Below, in pieces: positions 1-9,811 of a DNA stretch of 64,000 nucleotides; within the stretch, counting starts at the first letter, position 1, and each line of letters begins with the position of its first letter. The DNA is taken from the NCBI GenBank assembly GCA_964369205.1, contig CAYJEK010000006.1:184-64183 (forward strand), written 5' to 3'. The translations under genes and the position numbers were made by a program. The stretch comes from an uncultured Oscillospiraceae bacterium. Its GTDB lineage: Bacteria > Bacillota > Clostridia > Oscillospirales > Ruminococcaceae. The notes beneath the pieces were generated by a model. That model did not search any database, was not told the DNA's origin, and worked only from the letters and a program-made list of their open reading frames with translations.

Positions 1-1044
1 TTTTGTGAAAGCTCTGATTACCCTCGCCACCAATTACTAAAACTTCATCGCCTGATTTTATCTTTGAATTGTTTCCGATATCCACCATAAATTGATCCAT
101 ACAAATTCTTCCGATGATAGGATAATCTTCGCCATTGATTTTCACTAAATGATTAGTGCCAGATAATGTTCTTGGAAGACCATCTGCATAGCCACAGCAC
201 ACCGTTGCGATATTTGTATTGTTTTCAACTTCATATGTAAGGCCATAACCTATAAATTGACCTTTTTTAACAGGTTTTATATGAGTTACTATGGATTTTA
301 AATCAAGTGCTGGGATTAAATCAGGCATTATAACTTCATTTGACGGATAATATCCGTATAAAATACAGCCAGGGCGAAGCATATTAAATTCGCTTTCAAG
401 CTTTCGTGCAACACCGCCTGAATTTTGTCCGTGAAAAAGTTTTATGTTAAATCCTTTTTTTAATAAACTATATTTTACCTCATTAAATAAATTTATTTGA
501 TTTTGGGTATAATTTAAATAAAATTTGCCCACCATATCACTTGATGCAAAATGAGTATATAGTCCGCTAAAACGAAGGTTTTGTAAATTTTGAAGCTCAA
601 ACATTTCATTTAGAGCTTTATCTTTATCATATATCATATCAAAGCCAAGTCTGCCCATACCAGTGTCTATTTTAATATGGCAATCTAAAGGATATAAAGC
701 ATAATTATCAAGTTCTTTTGCGTACTCTAAACTAATAATACTTTGAGTTAAATTATTTAAAGCAAGCTCCGTTGCAAGTTTTGGCTCTGTGTAGCCTAAT
801 ATTAAAATAGGTTTTGTTATTCCTGATTTTCTAAGTTGTATCGCTTCAGAAAAAGAGGATACACTAAGGCCTGAAATATCTAAATCTTGATATATTTTTG
901 AAATGTATGGAGCGCCGTGTCCATATGCATCAGCCTTTACTGTTGCATACATAGGCAGTTTTGAAATTTTTTTAATTACATTATAATTATGAATTATGGC
1001 CTCAATATTAACTTCACACCAAACATGATTTTCAACTAATTGCA
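1..1044 (-). CDS. alr: alanine racemase (partial; C-terminus lies beyond the window start)
   Basis: The frame is open to the left edge and is not in the ORF track. My translation from ATG 1044 is MQLVENHVWCEVNIEAIIHNYNVIKKISKLPMYATVKADAYGHGAPYI. It contains the PLP-lysine motif VKADAYGHG. Confidence 0.85.
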
Positions 1045-1058
1045 TAAAGCCTCCTAGT

Positions 1059-1811
1059 TTATATTTTGTTTTTTAGTCCCCAGCCATCTAGGTTTTTATT
1101 TTGAAAAGCAGTGAGAGATTTTTTTCTAAAAGCAGGATCAGTTTTTGATTTTTCATTAACAAATTCTTTCATATTCTGTCTATTTGTTATTCCATCAACC
1201 TTGCAAACAGATTTTACTAAAGGCGCTTCTATTTCATTTAATGCTTTAATAACATCACTCTCAACGGCAAGAGCTAGAGGACGAATCATTGTTATATCCT
1301 TAATAGAAAGATATGTAACGGGCGAAAATGTTCCTATTCTTCCCTCATTCCATAAGTTCATATAAAATGTTTCTATTGCATCATCTAAATGATGTCCAAG
1401 AGCAAGTTTATTAGCGCCAAGCTCTTTTATAAAATCATGCATAGCACCTCTTCTCATTCTAGCGCAAAGGGAGCAAGGGTTTTCTTCTTTTCTCTCATCA
1501 AAAATAATAGGGCCAATATCTGTTCTTTTTATATGATATTCTATTCCGTGGCTTTTAAAAAGGTTCTCTAAAATAGAAAAATCAGTGTCGCTTCCTGAAA
1601 AGCGAGGATCAATAGTTATTGCAATAAGTTTAAAATCGATATCTATATATTTTCTAACACTTTCAAGAGATAAAGTTAAAAGTACACTATCTTTTCCTCC
1701 AGAAACTCCAACAGCGACAACATCGCCATCTTGAATCATATCATATCCCACTATACCTTTTCGAACTAGTCCTGAAAGGCGCTGAAAGTAATTTGCCATA
1801 AGTTTAATCAT
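1059..1811 (-). CDS. ttcA: PP-loop ATPase, TtcA-type tRNA 2-thiocytidine biosynthesis protein
   Basis: 250-aa ORF with the PP-loop SGGKDS and the CSLCARMRRG cysteine motif typical of the TtcA family. Confidence 0.75.
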   Translation of the reverse strand: MIKLMANYFQRLSGLVRKGIVGYDMIQDGDVVAVGVSGGKDSVLLTLSLESVRKYIDIDFKLIAITIDPRFSGSDTDFSILENLFKSHGIEYHIKRTDIGPIIFDERKEENPCSLCARMRRGAMHDFIKELGANKLALGHHLDDAIETFYMNLWNEGRIGTFSPVTYLSIKDITMIRPLALAVESDVIKALNEIEAPLVKSVCKVDGITNRQNMKEFVNEKSKTDPAFRKKSLTAFQNKNLDGWGLKNKI

Positions 1812-2008
1812 TCCTTTATATAATAAATTTATTTTTTAAGTAGTTATAAAATATAGTATAGTTTATTTTGATAGTTTTTACAAGAAAAAATTAGTGAAAA
1901 AGTCGTTAAAAAGTGAAATTGCCTATAAAGGAAAATAGAGTAAATACGAGGAAAATCTATGAAAACAAGAGTAAAACTTGAATACGTTAAAATAAATTAA
2001 AAAAAGTA

Positions 2009-2037
2009 TTGACTTTTTATGCCAAAATATATATACT
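2009..2037 (+). promoter_or_regulatory. sigma-A type promoter for rplM-rpsI
   Basis: TTGACT (2009-2014), 17-nt spacer, TATACT (2032-2037). Confidence 0.6.
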
Positions 2038-2116
2038 AATACTACACCCGAAAGGGTTTTTAATTTTGTAAACCAGAATTAAAAATATAAATAGGAAAAA
2101 TTTAATGGAGGATATT

Positions 2117-2545
2117 ATGAGTACTTTTTTACAAAACCCAGAAAAAGTTGAACGTAAATGGTATGTAATAGATGCTGCTGGAAAACCACTAGGTCGTGTT
2201 GCTGCAAGAGCTGCTGATTTATTAAGAGGTAAAGGCAAAGTTACTTTTACACCAAACGTTGACTGTGGCGATCATGTTGTAATTATAAACTGTGATAAAG
2301 CAGTTTTAACAGGATCAAAACTTGATAACAAATTCCACTACCATCACTCAGGATGGATTGGCGGAATGAAATCTGTTGATTACAGAACATTAATGGCTAA
2401 AAATTCAGATAAAGCAATGACACTTGCTGTTAAAGGGATGATTCCATCAAACAGAATTGGTGCTAAAGCATTAACAAGATTAAGAGTTTACAAAGGTGCA
2501 CAACACGATAATGCTGCACAAAAACCAGAAACTCTTGAGTTTTAA
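2117..2545 (+). CDS. rplM: 50S ribosomal protein L13
   Basis: The translation [29 protein letters not shown] is canonical L13. GGAGG lies just upstream of ATG 2117, so the track start at 2105 was trimmed. Confidence 0.95.
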   Translation: MSTFLQNPEKVERKWYVIDAAGKPLGRVAARAADLLRGKGKVTFTPNVDCGDHVVIINCDKAVLTGSKLDNKFHYHHSGWIGGMKSVDYRTLMAKNSDKAMTLAVKGMIPSNRIGAKALTRLRVYKGAQHDNAAQKPETLEF

Positions 2546-2565
2546 TTAGAAGGAGGATAATTATT

Positions 2566-2964
2566 ATGTACGAAACAAAAGCATATTTTTATGGCACAGG
2601 TCGTCGTAAATCTTCCGTTGCAAGAGTTAGAGTTTACAGCGGTAGCGGTAAAATCACTATCAATGGCAGAGATATCGATGATTTCTTTGGCTTAGAAACA
2701 TTAAAATTAATCGTTCGTCAACCAATCACACTTACAAATACATTAGATAAATTTGATATAGCTGTAAATGTTAAAGGTGGCGGTGTATCAGGACAAGCTG
2801 GTGCAATTAGACACGGTTTTTCAAGAGCGTTACTACAATACGATGAAACATTACGTCCAGAGCTTAAAAAAGCAGGATTCCTAACTAGAGATCCTCGTAT
2901 GAAAGAACGTAAAAAATACGGTCTTAAAGCTGCTCGTAGAGCTCCGCAGTTCTCAAAAAGATAA
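2566..2964 (+). CDS. rpsI: 30S ribosomal protein S9
   Basis: [12 protein letters not shown] near the N-terminus and a C-terminal [17 protein letters not shown] lies upstream. Confidence 0.95.
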   Translation: MYETKAYFYGTGRRKSSVARVRVYSGSGKITINGRDIDDFFGLETLKLIVRQPITLTNTLDKFDIAVNVKGGGVSGQAGAIRHGFSRALLQYDETLRPELKKAGFLTRDPRMKERKKYGLKAARRAPQFSKR

Positions 2965-2984
2965 TTTCTTTTATACTGTATTCA

Positions 2985-3016
2985 AAAGACTTCCCGTTTG
3001 GGGAGTCTTTTTTATT
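2985..3016. terminator. intrinsic terminator after rpsI
   Basis: Hairpin aaagacttccc-gttt-gggagtcttt followed by a T-run. Confidence 0.75.
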
Positions 3017-3186
3017 TATAAATCATTATATTTTCTAAGTAATTTAATTTTTTCTTTTTTTATAGTTTCATCATCTAAATTGATAATAATACACTCCTCG
3101 CACATTCCTATATTATTTATAGATATTGTATTTAATATACATTTATAGTTATCGCAATATATACAAAAAATATTTTCACATTTCAT
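3016..3186 (-). CDS. small cysteine-rich (zinc-ribbon-like) hypothetical protein, 56 aa
   Basis: MKCENIFCIYCDNYKCILNTISINNIGMCEECII has six Cys in CxxxxCxxCxxxxC...CxxC spacing. AAGGAGAG lies 5 nt upstream of this internal ATG, so the 85-aa track ORF was trimmed. Confidence 0.4.
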   Translation of the reverse strand: MKCENIFCIYCDNYKCILNTISINNIGMCEECIIINLDDETIKKEKIKLLRKYNDL

Positions 3187-3287
3187 ATAACTCTCCTTAA
3201 AGTGAACTAGTATTAGTCCCATTATAACATGTAATACTATTAAAATAAAGAAAAAGAACTGAAATTGGTTCAAAAATGGTGATTTAT

Positions 3288-3527
3288 ATGAAAGAACAAA
3301 AAATAAAATTTGATAGTCATGTTAATATCGGTGAAAATATTCGAAGGATAAGAAAAGAAAATAATATAGGACAAACAGAACTTGTAAGGCTTATGCAATT
3401 AGAGGGAGTAACAATAACTCGAGAAAGTTTAGTTAAGATTGAAAGAGGTATACAACATATATCAGCATCTCAATTAAAAAGTATAAAAATTATTTTAAAT
3501 ACAACATTTGATGAAATTTTAAAATAA
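3288..3527 (+). CDS. XRE-family helix-turn-helix transcriptional regulator
   Basis: HTH segment IGQTELVRLMQLEGVTITRESLVKIERG. It is divergent from the Cys-rich ORF. The start at 3288 versus 3276 is uncertain. Confidence 0.7.
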   Translation: MKEQKIKFDSHVNIGENIRRIRKENNIGQTELVRLMQLEGVTITRESLVKIERGIQHISASQLKSIKIILNTTFDEILK

Positions 3528-3553
3528 ATATTGATTTAATACTTTTATAAAAT

Positions 3554-3587
3554 AAACAAAGGAATGGCGAAAACCATTCCTTTGTTT
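3554..3587. terminator. bidirectional terminator between the XRE gene and purL
   Basis: 14-bp stem aaacaaaggaatgg / ccattcctttgttt with T-runs on both strands. Confidence 0.8.
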
Positions 3588-3614
3588 CTTATTTATAAAT
3601 TCTTTTATGTTCAA

Positions 3615-6600
3615 CTATTTAGTAAAATAATCAACTGCACCTTTAAATATTTTTAAAGGAAGAGGATTTTGTATGTTTTTAAATGTACCATTTTCATATC
3701 TTTCACTATGTAGCATTTTTCCAAAAACTCTGCCATCAGGACTAGTTATACCTTCAATGGCAAGCATTGAATCATTAAGATTAAATTTAATATCGCTTGT
3801 AGCTTCGTTATTAAAATCAACATACTGTGTGGCAATTTGTCCATTAGTTATCATTGTTTTTAGCATTTCTTCGCTTGCGATAAACCTGCCCTCACCATGA
3901 CTTAAAGCGCCCATGGCATTATCACCAACATTGTGGTGCATTAGCCAAGGAGATTTTACAGAGGAAACTCTAGTTCTAACGATTCCAGATTGATGGCGAG
4001 AAATAGTATTAAAAGTAAGAGTTGGCATATCTTTATTTGGTGATGTTATTTTACCATAAGGAACAAGACCAAGTTTTACAAGTGCCTGAAAACCATTACA
4101 AATTCCAAGTGCGAGTCCGTCTCTTTTTTCTAAAAGAGCAGTTATTTCATCAGCTATAAGTGGGTTTTGTAGCATTGAGATAATGAATTTTGCACTGCCA
4201 TCTGGCTCATCTCCGCCAGAAAATCCGCCTGGAATGGCTAAAATATTTGCCTCTTTTAATTTTTTAGAAAGGTTTCTTGCAGATGATTTAATATCATCGC
4301 TAGTTAGATTCTTAACTACAAATATTTCAGTTTCCGCACCTTGGCGTTTAAAAGCTTTTGCTAAATCATATTCAGAGTTTGTGCCAGGGAATACAGGAAT
4401 TAAAACTTTTGGTTTAGTTGTTTTAATTTTAGGTGAAAGCTTTGTAGTATCTGCTGTGTATGAAATAGTTTCTAATTTTTTAGGTTTTTGCATAATAGAT
4501 TTTGTTGGATAAACTTCTTCTAGGGGAAGTGTCCAAGTATTTTTTAGTTTATCTAATTTAATGTTTTTTCTATTGTAGATAATAGCTGGCTTTTCTATTG
4601 TCTCACCTATTTTTTTGCCGAAACGTAAAATAGAATCAGTTTCAATTATAAAAGCACCATAGTTTTTCTCAAAAAGCTCATCAGGAGTAATTTTATTTGA
4701 AAGTTTTACACCAATATCATTACCAAAAGCCATTTTAGAAACACCCTCAGCGATACCGCCAAACCCAACAGCCCAGCAAGATAAAACTCTTTTATCCATA
4801 ATAGCTTTTTGAACTTGCTTGTATGTTTTTAATAAGCTTTCTTTATTATATAATCCATTCTCATCTTTTAAAGGGGTTACAAGGTATAAATTAGAGCCTG
4901 ATTTTTTAAGTTCAGGTGAAATTATATTTTCAACCTCTTGTGTGCCACAAGCAAAAGAAACTAAAGTTGGAACAACATCAAGATTTTCAAAACTACCACT
5001 CATACTATCTTTTCCGCCAATAGCACCTATATTAAAAGCAAGTTGTGCTTCAAGGGCGCCAAGCAGTGCAGAAACAGGTTTACCCCAGCGAATATCATCT
5101 TTTCTTAATCTTTCAAAATATTCTTGGAATGAAAGATAAGTCTTTTTAATATCTCCTCCAACAGCCACAAGTTTTGCCACTGATGATACAACAGCATAAT
5201 AAGCTGAGTAGTAAGGATTTTCCTGAGCAAGGTATGGATCAAATCCATAGCTCATAATACTTGCAGTTGAAATTTCTTTTTCTTCGCTATTTATTTTTGC
5301 AACCATTGCTTGCGCTGGTGTCATTTGAGTTTTTCCACCAAGAGGCATTAAAACAGTGCCAGCGCCAACAGTTGAATCAAATCTTTGGATAAGTCCAATT
5401 TGAGATGCCACATTTAAATCTTTTATTATATTATCAAATCTTGTGTAAACATCAATTTCATTTAATAATCTAGGGGTAGGTAAAGATTTTAAAATTTTTG
5501 CATTTGCAAATTTTTGAGCCCCTGATGTATTTAAGAATTCTCTTGATAAATTAACAACTTTATCTCCATTTGAATACATTTCAAGATAGCCACTATCAGT
5601 AACATCAGCAACTTTAGTTGCAAGTAAGTTTTCTTCTTTAGCAAGTTTTATAAACTTTTTAAGGTTTTTTGCGTCGATTACAACTGCCATTCTTTCCTGA
5701 CTTTCACTAATTGCAATTTCTGTTGCAGTAAGACCTTCGTATTTTTTTGGAACTGCATCAAGGTTAATGGATAAGCTATCGCATAATTCACCAATAGCAA
5801 CACACACACCGCCAGCACCAAAATCATTACAACGTTTAATCATTTTTGTAACGACTTGATTTTTAAATAATCTTTGGATTTTTCTTTCCTCAGGTGCATT
5901 TCCTTTTTGAACTTCAGCTCCACATTCCTCTAAAGAAGAAATATCGTGAGCTTTAGAAGAGCCAGTAGCACCACCACAGCCGTCACGGCCAGTTTTTCCA
6001 CCTAAAAGAACGATTACATCACCTAAACTAGGCTCTTTTCTTACAACATTTTTAATAGGAGCAGCACCAACAACTGCGCCAAGCTCTAGTCTTTTTGCTT
6101 TGTATGAAGGATGATAGAATTCACTAACGTGTCCTGTTGCAAGGCCTATTTGATTTCCGTATGAAGAGTAGCCAGCTGCTGCTGTTTGGCAAATTTTTCT
6201 TTGAGATAGTTTGCCTTTTAAAGACATATATAAAGGCTCAGTAGGATCAGCGGCACCAGTTACACGCATAGCTTGATAAACAAAACTTCTTCCTGAAAGA
6301 GGATCACGAATAGCACCTCCAAGACATGTTGCAGCGCCTCCAAAAGGCTCAATTTCAGTTGGATGGTTATGAGTTTCATTTTTAAACATCAATAGCCATT
6401 TCTCTTTTTTATTATCAGCAGTAACGTCTATTTTAACACTGCAAGCGTTTATCTCTTCACTCTCATCAAGATTTTTTAATTTGCCTATTTTTTTAAGATA
6501 CTTAGCACCGATAGTTGCCATTCCCATTAAAGTATCGCTTCTGCCATTTGGATATAATTCATTTTTTATATTTAGATATTTTTCAAAACTTTTTTTGATG

Positions 6601-7319
6601 TTTTCATCTTGAATATCTATTTTACTTAAATTAGTAAAAAAAGTAGTGTGTCGGCAATGATCAGACCAATATGTATCGATAACTTTTAATTCTGTTAAAG
6701 TAGGATTTCTTTTTTCAGTGTTTTTAAAGTAATTTTGGCAAAAAAGTAAATCATCTTTATCCATAGCAAGAGAATAATCAGCTATAAATTCATCAATTTC
6801 GCTATCCTTTAGAGAGTTGAATTCTTTTATAATAGGAGTTTTCTTTGGCTCCTCATATAAAAAATCAAGGCTTTTTGGCATATCCATTGAAGCGAGTCGT
6901 GATTCAACTGGATTTATTAAATATGCTTTAATTTTTTCGATATCATTTATAGAAAGATTACCAAATAATTTATAAATTTTTGCATAGCGAACAGTTGGGA
7001 GATTTTTTGCTGTTATAAATTGAATACATTGCTGTGCACTATCGGCTCTTTGATCGAATTGACCAGGAAGAAGCTGAACGGCAAATGTGTTTTCATCTTC
7101 TGGGATAGTGAAAAAAACATCATCAACAACAGGCTCTGAAAAAACAGAAGTAACAGCAGTATCAAAATCTTTTTTAGAGATATCACTCACATCATATCTA
7201 TTATAAATCTTAACTTTTTGTAGAGTTGTTATCCCTAGAGTATTTTTTAAATCTTGAAAAATAGATTTATCTTCATTATTAAATCCTGTTTTCTTTGAAA
7301 CGTAAACTCTATATACCAT
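3615..7319 (-). CDS. purL: phosphoribosylformylglycinamidine (FGAM) synthase, single-chain large form
   Basis: 1234 aa. AIR-synthase-like repeats are followed by a C-terminal glutamine amidotransferase domain (LGICNGFQALVKLG). The start overlaps the purD stop by 1 nt. Confidence 0.95.
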   Translation of the reverse strand: MVYRVYVSKKTGFNNEDKSIFQDLKNTLGITTLQKVKIYNRYDVSDISKKDFDTAVTSVFSEPVVDDVFFTIPEDENTFAVQLLPGQFDQRADSAQQCIQFITAKNLPTVRYAKIYKLFGNLSINDIEKIKAYLINPVESRLASMDMPKSLDFLYEEPKKTPIIKEFNSLKDSEIDEFIADYSLAMDKDDLLFCQNYFKNTEKRNPTLTELKVIDTYWSDHCRHTTFFTNLSKIDIQDENIKKSFEKYLNIKNELYPNGRSDTLMGMATIGAKYLKKIGKLKNLDESEEINACSVKIDVTADNKKEKWLLMFKNETHNHPTEIEPFGGAATCLGGAIRDPLSGRSFVYQAMRVTGAADPTEPLYMSLKGKLSQRKICQTAAAGYSSYGNQIGLATGHVSEFYHPSYKAKRLELGAVVGAAPIKNVVRKEPSLGDVIVLLGGKTGRDGCGGATGSSKAHDISSLEECGAEVQKGNAPEERKIQRLFKNQVVTKMIKRCNDFGAGGVCVAIGELCDSLSINLDAVPKKYEGLTATEIAISESQERMAVVIDAKNLKKFIKLAKEENLLATKVADVTDSGYLEMYSNGDKVVNLSREFLNTSGAQKFANAKILKSLPTPRLLNEIDVYTRFDNIIKDLNVASQIGLIQRFDSTVGAGTVLMPLGGKTQMTPAQAMVAKINSEEKEISTASIMSYGFDPYLAQENPYYSAYYAVVSSVAKLVAVGGDIKKTYLSFQEYFERLRKDDIRWGKPVSALLGALEAQLAFNIGAIGGKDSMSGSFENLDVVPTLVSFACGTQEVENIISPELKKSGSNLYLVTPLKDENGLYNKESLLKTYKQVQKAIMDKRVLSCWAVGFGGIAEGVSKMAFGNDIGVKLSNKITPDELFEKNYGAFIIETDSILRFGKKIGETIEKPAIIYNRKNIKLDKLKNTWTLPLEEVYPTKSIMQKPKKLETISYTADTTKLSPKIKTTKPKVLIPVFPGTNSEYDLAKAFKRQGAETEIFVVKNLTSDDIKSSARNLSKKLKEANILAIPGGFSGGDEPDGSAKFIISMLQNPLIADEITALLEKRDGLALGICNGFQALVKLGLVPYGKITSPNKDMPTLTFNTISRHQSGIVRTRVSSVKSPWLMHHNVGDNAMGALSHGEGRFIASEEMLKTMITNGQIATQYVDFNNEATSDIKFNLNDSMLAIEGITSPDGRVFGKMLHSERYENGTFKNIQNPLPLKIFKGAVDYFTK

Positions 7320-8581
7320 TAGCGAGCTCCTCCAATATCTTTTCTATAAAAACTATCTTTAAAACTTATTTTTTCCACATTGTTATAAACATTGTCCTGC
7401 GCAGTTTTTAAATCTTTTCCAAGGCTACAAAGCCCTAAAACTCTACCACCATTACTTAAAAATTCACCATCTTTTAAAAGTGTTCCTGAGTGATAGATAT
7501 AATCAAAGCTATCATTTTGTCCGTTTTCTAAAAGACCGTTTATTTTAAAGCCTTTTTCATAACTTGTTGGATATCCACCAGAACATAGCATAACAATAAT
7601 AGCCGTATCATCACTATTTATAACTTCTATTTCTTCTAATTTTTCATCAATAACAGCATTTATAATAGTTAATAAATCTGTTTTTAATAAAGACAGGCAA
7701 ACCTGTGCTTCAGGATCACCAAAACGGCAGTTATACTCAATAACTTTTGGTCCTGTTTCAGTTAGAATTAATCCAAAGTATAAAACACCTTTAAAAGTGC
7801 GATTTTCTTTGTTCATAGCATTTATAGTAGGAATAAAAATTTCATTAAACGCTCTTTCTTCTAAATCTTTTGTGTAGTAAGGGTTTGGAGCAATAACTCC
7901 CATTCCACCAGTATTTAAACCCTCATCATTATCAAAAGCTCTTTTATGGTCTTTTGCACTAATCATAGGCTTTATAGCTTTCCCATCAGTAAAAGCTAAA
8001 ACAGAAACTTCCATACCAGTTAAAAATTCTTCAATTACAATTTCACTACTACTATCGCCAAACATAGAATTTTCAAGCATATCGATAACTGTTGTTTCTG
8101 CTTCTTTGAAATTTTGAGCAATAATAACTCCTTTTCCAAGTGCAAGGCCGCTAGCTTTTATAACAATAGGGTATGTATTGTTTTTTTCTAGATATTCAAT
8201 AGCTTTTTTTGAATCTGTGAAGTTTTCGTATTTTGCAGTTGGAATATTATATTTTTTCATTAAGTCTTTAGAAAATGCTTTACTTCCCTCAATTATAGCC
8301 GCATTTTTAGAAGGACCAAAGCAGCGAATACCAGCAGATTCTAAAGAATCTACCATTCCAAGAACTAAAGGCTCATCCTGACTTACGATAACTAAATCCA
8401 TTTTTTCTTTTTTTGCAAACTCTGTTATCCCGTTAACATCATTTACTTTTATATCAACTAGTGTAGCAATTTTCCCTATGCCAGAATTTCCAGGGGCACA
8501 GTATAATTCATTTTCATTTGATATAAGATTTTTTAATATGGCATGCTCTCTGCCGCCACCGCCAACAACTAATATTTTCAT
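7319..8581 (-). CDS. purD: phosphoribosylamine-glycine ligase
   Basis: MKILVVGGGGREHA N-terminus and ATP-grasp layout, 420 aa. Confidence 0.95.
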   Translation of the reverse strand: MKILVVGGGGREHAILKNLISNENELYCAPGNSGIGKIATLVDIKVNDVNGITEFAKKEKMDLVIVSQDEPLVLGMVDSLESAGIRCFGPSKNAAIIEGSKAFSKDLMKKYNIPTAKYENFTDSKKAIEYLEKNNTYPIVIKASGLALGKGVIIAQNFKEAETTVIDMLENSMFGDSSSEIVIEEFLTGMEVSVLAFTDGKAIKPMISAKDHKRAFDNDEGLNTGGMGVIAPNPYYTKDLEERAFNEIFIPTINAMNKENRTFKGVLYFGLILTETGPKVIEYNCRFGDPEAQVCLSLLKTDLLTIINAVIDEKLEEIEVINSDDTAIIVMLCSGGYPTSYEKGFKINGLLENGQNDSFDYIYHSGTLLKDGEFLSNGGRVLGLCSLGKDLKTAQDNVYNNVEKISFKDSFYRKDIGGAR

Positions 8582-8602
8582 TAAAATAATCCTTTCAATT
8601 CT

Positions 8603-9793
8603 TTAGTGATGGAATAAACGAATTCCTGTGAATGCCATTGCAATATCAAATTCATCACAAGAGGATATAACATTATCATCTCTTACACTTCCGCCAGCTT
8701 GTGCTATGTATTTAACACCACTTTTAGAAGCTCTTAAAATATTATCGCCAAAAGGGAAGAAGGCATCAGAAGAAAGTGAGACACCTGTTATAGTTTTTAG
8801 GTATTCTTTTTTCTCATCTTTTGTTAGGATACTAGGTTTTGTTTTAAATCTAGTTTGCCAAATACCGTCAGCTAAAACATCCATATATTCATCTGATATA
8901 TAAACATCGATAGCATTATCTCTATCAGCTCTTGAAATTTTATCAACGAATTCTAAGTTTAAAACTTTAGGGTGGCGTCTTAAATGCCAAATATCAGCCT
9001 TATCTCCTGCAAGGCGAGTGCAATGTATTCTTGATTGCTGACCTGCGCCAACGCCTATAGTTTGTCCGTCTTTAGAATAGCAAACAGAGTTTGATTGAGT
9101 GTACTTTAATGTTATCATAGCTAGAAGTAAATCCAGTTTTGAAGAATCATTAATTTCTTTATTTTTAGTAACAATGTTTGTGAAAATATCATTATTTATC
9201 AAAATATCATTACGTTTTTGTTCAAAAGTAATTCCAAAAACTTCTTTTTTCTCCATTGTTTCAGGAGTATAGTTTTCATCAATTTTAATAACTAAATAAC
9301 TGCCTTTTCTTTTAGCTTTTAATATTTCAAGTGCTTTTTCTGTATATCCTGGTGCGATAACACCGTCTGATACTTCTTTTGAAATTATTTTTGCGCAAGA
9401 TTCATCGCAAATATCACTAAGAGAAATAAAATCTCCAAAGCTCGACATTCTATCAGCACCTCTAGCCCTTGCATAAGCACAGGCAATAGGGGATAGCTCT
9501 AAAGATTTATCAATAAAAAACACTTCTTTATCTTCATCACTTAAACTAATTCCTAAAGCTGCACCAGCAGGGGAAACGTGCTTAAATGAAGAGGCAGCGG
9601 CAAGACCAGTTGCCTCTTTTAATTCTTTAACTAATTGCCAACCATTTAAAGCATCCAATAAATTAATGTAGCCCGCTTTTCCGTTTAAAACTTCGATAGG
9701 TAAATTTTTGTTTGATGGCATATATATTTTTGCAGGGTTTTGATTAGGATTACATCCGTATTTTAAAACTAGTTCATTCATATTAATGTCCAT
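8603..9793 (-). CDS. purH: AICAR formyltransferase (PurH transformylase domain only, no MGS-like cyclohydrolase domain)
   Basis: 396 aa beginning LKYGCNPNQ..., the AICARFT portion of PurH, and ending GIRLFHH. The N-terminal IMP cyclohydrolase domain is absent. Confidence 0.85.
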   Translation of the reverse strand: MDINMNELVLKYGCNPNQNPAKIYMPSNKNLPIEVLNGKAGYINLLDALNGWQLVKELKEATGLAAASSFKHVSPAGAALGISLSDEDKEVFFIDKSLELSPIACAYARARGADRMSSFGDFISLSDICDESCAKIISKEVSDGVIAPGYTEKALEILKAKRKGSYLVIKIDENYTPETMEKKEVFGITFEQKRNDILINNDIFTNIVTKNKEINDSSKLDLLLAMITLKYTQSNSVCYSKDGQTIGVGAGQQSRIHCTRLAGDKADIWHLRRHPKVLNLEFVDKISRADRDNAIDVYISDEYMDVLADGIWQTRFKTKPSILTKDEKKEYLKTITGVSLSSDAFFPFGDNILRASKSGVKYIAQAGGSVRDDNVISSCDEFDIAMAFTGIRLFHH

Positions 9794-9811
9794 TTCTTTC
9801 TTACAATGAAA

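Noticed and set aside
3673-5139. Three plus-strand ORFs (3673-3900, 4183-4512, 4819-5139) inside purL, and similar antisense ORFs inside purD, purH, purM, ffh, cheA, fliF, fliI and others
   Set aside because: All are antisense to long, clearly conserved genes. They lack SD sequences and have the Ser/Leu/Phe-rich composition typical of antisense reading of AT-rich coding DNA.
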